A stretch of DNA of 52,708 nucleotides, the filler included, from Catajapyx aquilonaris (taxonomy: Eukaryota), in NCBI GenBank assembly GCA_000934665.2. It is 3 parts of 3 records of this genome, joined end to end, with 100 filler letters (N's around TTAATTAATTAA, not from the genome) between each part and the next. Parts side by side here need not be neighbours in the genome. Positions count along the whole stretch, not along the records: positions 35,221 to 52,708 come from JYFJ02006941.1; 2 more parts are not named here. One strand, given 5' to 3'. Numbering within the stretch: the first letter of the stretch is position 1; each line of letters starts with the position of its first letter. Positions 47,643 to 52,708 of the stretch are shown here, in pieces. The position numbers and the translations under genes are program-made. The notes beneath the pieces were generated by a model. That model was not told the origin of the DNA. It did no database searches and was given only the letters and a program-made list of their open reading frames with translations.

Positions 47643-48057
47643 CTAGCTCACCCGTTGCCAAAATTTGGCAAAACCTGCAATGAGGAAGACAATGGTATTG
47701 AAAAAATTGAATGAGAGGGCTCGTGCGAAGCTGGTCGTAATACGGGGTTGAAAAATTGAGTGGCATTGAATCAATGGACATACTGTACACTTCCTGAATC
47801 GGACATGAGAAAAGGTTTCATGAAACCTCGCGATATACAACATTGTGTGTAAACACTCTGTTGTTGGAGAGCAATGTTCCGTGTTGAGCAGTAGGAGTAG
47901 TGAACACTTTGACCTGACTTGGGTTGCGAGACCGGGACAGTGCCACATGCAGCTGGCCATGATTGGGAGAAGACAGGTTCATCCAGGGAAATGATAACGT
48001 GCGGCTGATCTGGCCGTGCGAGTTATTGTTGATCGTCATGGCATAGGCTGGGATGAC
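47643..48057 (-). mobile_element. 3' fragment of an autonomous Helitron (RepHel Pif1-helicase C-terminus, hairpin and CTAG)
   Basis: VIPAYAMTINNNSHGQ...HGQLHVALSR...THNVVYREV* (47818-48057) matches the Pif1 C-terminal motifs AMTINKSQGQ and HGQLYVALSR. Ends TTGCCAAATTTTGGCAA-CGGGTGAG-CTAG|T. Confidence 0.9.
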
Positions 48058-48177
48058 ATTATGTCAATGAACATAAGACTTTTGGATCCGGATCCAGCAG
48101 GCTATGATTAAGGCTAATAATAATAGCTGATAAGAGCTGATATGGTCATATTTGAATGACGCGGCAACATGAGGGAT

Positions 48178-48780
48178 GGAGTTGCCGTTGTGTAGGTGAT
48201 GCGGTATGGCTTTATGGTACCGCAACAATACTGTCATCTGTTGGACGACACGGTGGTGGAGTGGTTAGCGCCGCAGCCTACCACCTGTAAGGTCCCGGAT
48301 CGGACAGAGTATGCTTATGTGGATCGAGTTTCGATGGGTTCTCTCCGTATTCGCGTGGGTTTTCTCGGGGGTTCTCCCGTTTCCTCCCACAATCAAAATC
48401 CATCCCAGCGCAGGCAATGATTAAAGTCGGTCAATGAAAAGATTATCCCCTAAAAAGCTCAAGGAGGCTTATTATCGTGGGGAATCCATTATCTCCACTG
48501 TCATCTGTTGTGGCCCCGCCAGGCAGGGTTCGTCGCCCTGCAGGATATTTTTAGATCATGCGGAGCTGGGCGATTATTGTGGGATTCGTATCCGCAACAT
48601 TTACGGTACTCTCCGTCTTGTGGCGGCGGAGGCCAAAGAACGTTATTGTAGCTTTACCAACCTCCAATCCCCTGCTGATCCCACCGCTGATATCTTGTTT
48701 ACTTGCTCCGGGTGGTTCATGCGACGCCGCCAAATAAGTCGCAAGGGTTTACTCTAAGGCGGATAGGTAGCAGAATACGT
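48178..48780. mobile_element. Diverged partial copy of the 33153-33942 element, interrupted by a SINE
   Basis: Shares tgttgtggccc.gccaggca, gcggagctgggcg.ttattgtggg, gtatccgcaacatttac and gaacgttattgt.gcttt. Confidence 0.8.
48244..48496 (+). mobile_element. SINE family C (V-domain-like core), B box deleted
   Basis: Homologous to 42305-42579. 14-bp TSD ACTGTCATCTGTTG at 48230-48243 and 48497-48510. Confidence 0.92.
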
Positions 48781-49144
48781 CAAAAAAAAAAAGGAGGGNG
48801 GGGGGGTCGGGGAGAATGAAACCAGTTTTTGATCATCTACATGGTCTATAAGGATGGTGGTCACATGCTGGCCCTGCACCCTTACCTGCTGCCCCAAGGG
48901 GCATGGGTACAGAGGAACATTGTGGATGTACTTATTGTACTGTGCCAAAAGAAATTGGGTAGGGTGAGTTGCCTGTGATCTTCAGTTATTGACTTGCAGC
49001 ATGTGACATGGTCCGGCAGATGCCCCGCATATTGGAGAGTGACATGGGTTCCTATTCAAAAGTTGCTATATTCCAACCCCCCTCTATGTGTCTGAAGTTT
49101 TTGCACAACATTTATACTTACCCTGTATTCCCTTACTGTTCTAG

Positions 49145-49329
49145 GTCCACTCGATTGCTCAAGGTAGAATCATTTGAGAGCCGAGACAGCATTAAGCCCA
49201 GCTCACTGCGCCCTGCTGTTTCTAAATCATACAGCTTCGGGGGCTACACTGGAGGTGTGTCAGTATTGAGTCGAGGTGACAGTGTCACCAGTACTCACAG
49301 TGCAGGAGCAAGATTATTTACCAAGCAAG
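49145..49329 (+). CDS. enc: encore/R3HDM-family exon
   Basis: STRLLKVESFESRDSIKPSSLRPAVSKSYSFGG...VLSRGDS...LFTKQ, TAG/GTATGC bounded, phase 2/1. Confidence 0.92.
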
Positions 49330-50010
49330 GTATGCTATATAGCTGTGGGGTTTTTTAAAATGCATTCTTCAGGGTGTTTGGAAATGTGACGCATGATAGC
49401 CTACCTGATACCACAGATATATAGCACCATTCTTTTTCATTCATTCATTCATTTCTTCACGGCATTGTCCCAAAGGTGGGGTAGACAGCGATAACCTGGT
49501 GTATACAACACCATGTCATCTCGATTGACTGAACATGATAAACCTATGGTGACTGGTCAGGTGCACGTAAAGGCTACAATGAGTTTGATGATAATGAAAA
49601 TAATGACATGAACAAACACACTCTACATCCATGTAAATACACATCCCCCCAAAAACCTACTCGTAAAAAACCCGCCAAGTCGTCTGCCGTAAAAACCTGT
49701 GAGATAGTTTCTGGGCACCAAGCCTTGTTCACTCCGCCGTACAAAGTCGTGAGATGGTGGTGGACGCCAAGCCTTTCTTAGAGGCTATAAGCTAAGTGAG
49801 ATGACTTGGCCGGACTTGGATAACGTGCCTGAGGAACAATACGCGTTCAGTTCGCTGGAATTTTGTAAAGTTACTGTTCTCCCAATAAGCTGTATGACTC
49901 AATTTTCCAGTCTAGTAAACCGCGATTGAAATCATGTGCGATTCTAATCATGTGCAGTTCGAAGGTGACATTTTGTAGTTCTTGTGATACGAATCAGAGG
50001 TCCAAGTATA

Positions 50011-50424
50011 CAGGGTGGACCAACTTCAAGTGTCGTTTTATAACGGCGATTAATAGCAGTGATTATGCGATGACGTAGCAGCGACGTGTAAAATGTCCAA
50101 CTTCGGCGCCATCGAAAATATTAGCTGCCAATAGCAGCACACATGTAATCAACCCTGCTGCTGGGTTGACCTGGAAAAAAGTAGGTGCACACATGACCTG
50201 AGATGCGCCTGGGTGAAATGCCTTCTTTGCGGACTGCCGGATTGGCATTGGTGCCGCATGTGGTTGCACTCGTTGCAGCAGGTTCATTACTTGTACGCTA
50301 ATATTGGCAGCTAATATTTTCGATGGCGCCGAAGTGGGCCATTTTACACGTCGCTGCTACGTCAATCGTAAAGCGCTTCTATTAATAGCCGTTATAAAAT
50401 GACACTTGAAGTTGGTCCGCCCTG
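50011..50424. mobile_element. Tc1/mariner-type MITE with ~150 bp TIRs
   Basis: TA|CAGGGTGGACCAACTTCAAGTGTC...GACACTTGAAGTTGGTCCGCCCTG|TA. Confidence 0.92.
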
Positions 50425-50765
50425 TAATTATAATTCTTCTAATGAATCAAGCCGAAAGACGTTTCCATATCGCCGTGGGATTTTCACCTGAGAGGCTCTA
50501 ATTTTGTTTTTGGCAACAACTCGTGTGTGTACAGTAGTACACACATGATTTTTTAAATCAAATTCTGAGATGGTCGAGCCACCAACTTGTCTGTTTTGGC
50601 ATGGAATGACCCAGCTGATAGAGCATTAGCTGTCACCTGCAGTAAGAAAATATCATTGAAAAAATCATGCTTGCCAGGTCCATGCTATTTGTCTTAAGCC
50701 AACAATAGCGAAATGAGAGATAGCGTGAGAATTTATCATGACTGTGGAAATTATAATTTTTGCAG

Positions 50766-50890
50766 ATTCGAGTGGCAGCAGTGCCTCCCGACTCAGTCCC
50801 TCCATCAGTTCAGGGTATAAATCCCAGCGGTCTGACAACAGCACTACAGTCTCAACAACTCCATCTCCAACTCCTATTTCTCTACAACAT
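50766..50890 (+). CDS. enc: encore/R3HDM-family exon (Ser/Thr-rich)
   Basis: DSSGSSASRLSPSISSGYKSQRSDNSTTVSTTPSPTPISLQH, phase 1/0, CAG/GTATGT bounded. Confidence 0.88.
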
Positions 50891-50917
50891 GTATGTCCAT
50901 TAACTTGAAGTAATACG

Positions 50918-50919
<2 letters not shown>

Positions 50920-50974
<55 letters not shown>
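50920..50974. repeat. (AAT)n microsatellite
   Basis: Directly visible. Confidence 0.97.
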
Positions 50975-50976
<2 letters not shown>

Positions 50977-51187
50977 GTTATAATAATTCAAATATAACAG
51001 GTGAGGGGGGTGAGGGGCTTTCTTTAGGTACTTTTTTCTATTTGAACTTTTTACTGGAACTCTGTATGTAGCAGAGAATGAAATTTTCAGGGGGAAACTG
51101 ACAGAGAACCATTTTGGCATAAACAATGTTTATGGAATCTCCCTATGTCTGAGCCTCGTCAACTTTATTACTAACTCAACCTTTCAG

Positions 51188-51310
51188 AGTTCTAGTCAAG
51201 CAACGTTGGGGGAAAGTCCTGGTGAGCCAGTGTTGAAGGGACAGCCAATTATGTGGGCCGTCTCCAACCTGGATTCCGTTCCTCCAGGAAGCATATTGAT
51301 AAATCCTCAG
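51188..51310 (+). CDS. enc: encore/R3HDM-family exon
   Basis: ...IMWAVSNLDSVPPGSILINPQ contains the first half of the conserved PPGSILINPQTG.P..NPDGS motif. Confidence 0.93.
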
Positions 51311-51654
51311 GTATGTTTTACAAGAGAAGCATTTTCAAAGATTTCATCTGTCACATGTCATTGATATTTTCTACCAAATTGGAAGATCTTAATGTAATGT
51401 TGAGCAATTGTATGGGCTAAATTATCTGGTTTTGGCAGTCCTGTCAAATTTTAAGCAAGAAGCAAGGCCAGATTCTTCAAAAAAGAATTGTCATTATTTT
51501 ATTCGATCAGGCATTCTAAGTTGGAATAGGATGGTGGAGAGTTTTAAAGTCTGATTCAATATGTATGAAGTTTATTGAAGCACAGCATGAAACAGAATAT
51601 TTAGCAGTTATAATTTTTTGATTTTTAGAATTTTGAAGAGCTCTTATTTTTCAG

Positions 51655-52170
51655 ACTGGATTACCTTATACAAACCCAGATGGAAGTGTGTACCGGTTTG
51701 ATCCTGGAAATCCCCCCAAATTTGTCACCAATGTACCATCCGCTGCCTGCTGCTCTTCCCAGCACTCAACATCTGGCACAGCTGCTGCCACTCCATCAGG
51801 AAATGTTCCATTAGTTCCACATGCTCAGTTGTCTGGAGAACCACTCTCACAATCACAAGGAAAAAGCTCCCATCCTCAGCCCTATACCTTGCAACATACA
51901 ATCATTCCTCCACCTACTCCCAGTCCTCCTCCTCCTTCGCACCACCCACCACCCCATCCTCCTATGCATCCGCCACAAGCTTGCTGTACTCAAGAAGCTC
52001 CTCCTTACCCATCATCAGCTTATCGTCCACCACCAGTACTTCTTCCGGCAGCTGCAGGATTAGATGCAGGGATGACAGTAACCTACCAATATGCCAATGT
52101 TGGAGGCATGTCTACTCCTGCCATTGTCTACCAGTTGCAGCCACCACAGCAGCAGACTACAGAAATGCCA
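51655..52170 (+). CDS. enc: encore/R3HDM-family exon (Pro/Gln-rich)
   Basis: Begins TGLPYTNPDGSVYRFDP, completing the conserved motif. 516 nt, phase 0/0. Confidence 0.9.
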
Positions 52171-52231
52171 GTAGGCCTATTCATGAAATTGCAACATCGG
52201 TAGCAATTATTACTCTGCTGTCACTTTTCAG

Positions 52232-52435
52232 GACCCTAACCTGATGGTAGCTAACATCAGCGACTACTTTGGTAATCTCAGTCTGACACCTGAAGTGGTA
52301 GTGGAAGAACCAGCAGGGAGTGAGGAACCTTTGCCCCCTGTTTATCCTAGTGATTCTTCAGCAACATCACAGCAGCAATTTGCATCACCCATGCCAAGCT
52401 TTCCGGCTTCTCAGGGTCAACTTAATCCCATGCAG
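52232..52435 (+). CDS. enc: encore/R3HDM-family exon (last one seen; the gene continues off the contig)
   Basis: DPNLMVANISDYFGNLSL...QLNPMQ, CAG/GTTAGT bounded, after a 61-nt intron. Confidence 0.82.
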
Positions 52436-52612
52436 GTTAGTACACTATCCACTGCACCAATCTTGCACCAAATCAGAAGCCACTGCATACTACAGCATTT
52501 AAGAGTCTTGGAATCCAAAAAAATAATTAATAAGATAACAGTTGAAGGATCGAGGCTTACAAAATATGGAATCAATGAGTTCCAAACCTAAATTTGTCTT
52601 TGTTATGAAGAA

Positions 52613-52708
52613 CTAGCAGCGGTACCCGTTCTTCGCACGGGGAAAAAAGAGCGTGGATAATTACACCGAAATCTTATTAGATCTCAAGCAATATTAAATG
52701 CAAAACTG
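52613..52708 (-). mobile_element. Helitron 3' end
   Basis: Minus-strand CCCGTGCGAAGAACGGG hairpin followed by TACCGCTG-CTAG|T. Confidence 0.75.

Noticed and set aside
49295..49302. TCACAGTG, matching the 5' end of miR-128
   Set aside because: Only 8 nt, inside a coding exon, with no precursor hairpin.
49436..49800. Possible LINE or SINE 3' end with a (TGAA)n tail
   Set aside because: No TSD, coding motif or second copy in the window to support it.
50665..51126. Poly-Leu ORF resembling a membrane protein (also 17935-18132)
   Set aside because: Translation of (AAT)n microsatellites.

Overview
The window is not one locus. It is three eukaryotic contigs (1-17515, 17616-35120, 35221-52708; lengths 17515, 17505 and 17488) joined by artificial N44-TTAATTAATTAA-N44 spacers. 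Repeat families shared between contigs indicate one genome, an invertebrate animal and probably an arthropod. The only clear host gene is in contig 3: a spliced, plus-strand encore/R3HDM/ARPP21-family RNA-binding protein gene (R3H and SUZ domains), with nine phase-consistent exons, one candidate upstream exon and the 3' end off the contig. Its introns hold a full-length but disabled DD41D (rosa/Visitor) Tc1/mariner, MITEs, V-domain SINEs, a LINE fragment and a Helitron RepHel helicase relic. Contig 2 is non-coding: SINEs, nested MITEs, a candidate TATA/Inr promoter, a possible THAP fossil and the 5' LTR plus tRNA-Leu PBS of an LTR retrotransposon. Contig 1 holds decayed coding-like segments, including Cys/His repeats, between motif-rich repeat arrays. 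The best leads are a set of unusual Helitrons (head-to-tail dimers, a CGAG-ended variant with a mini-hairpin array, a copy with an internal fold-back), SINE tail swapping and a possible large unclassified fossil element. I found no CRISPR array, rRNA, genuine tRNA or prokaryotic system. Most entries in the ORF track are spurious.
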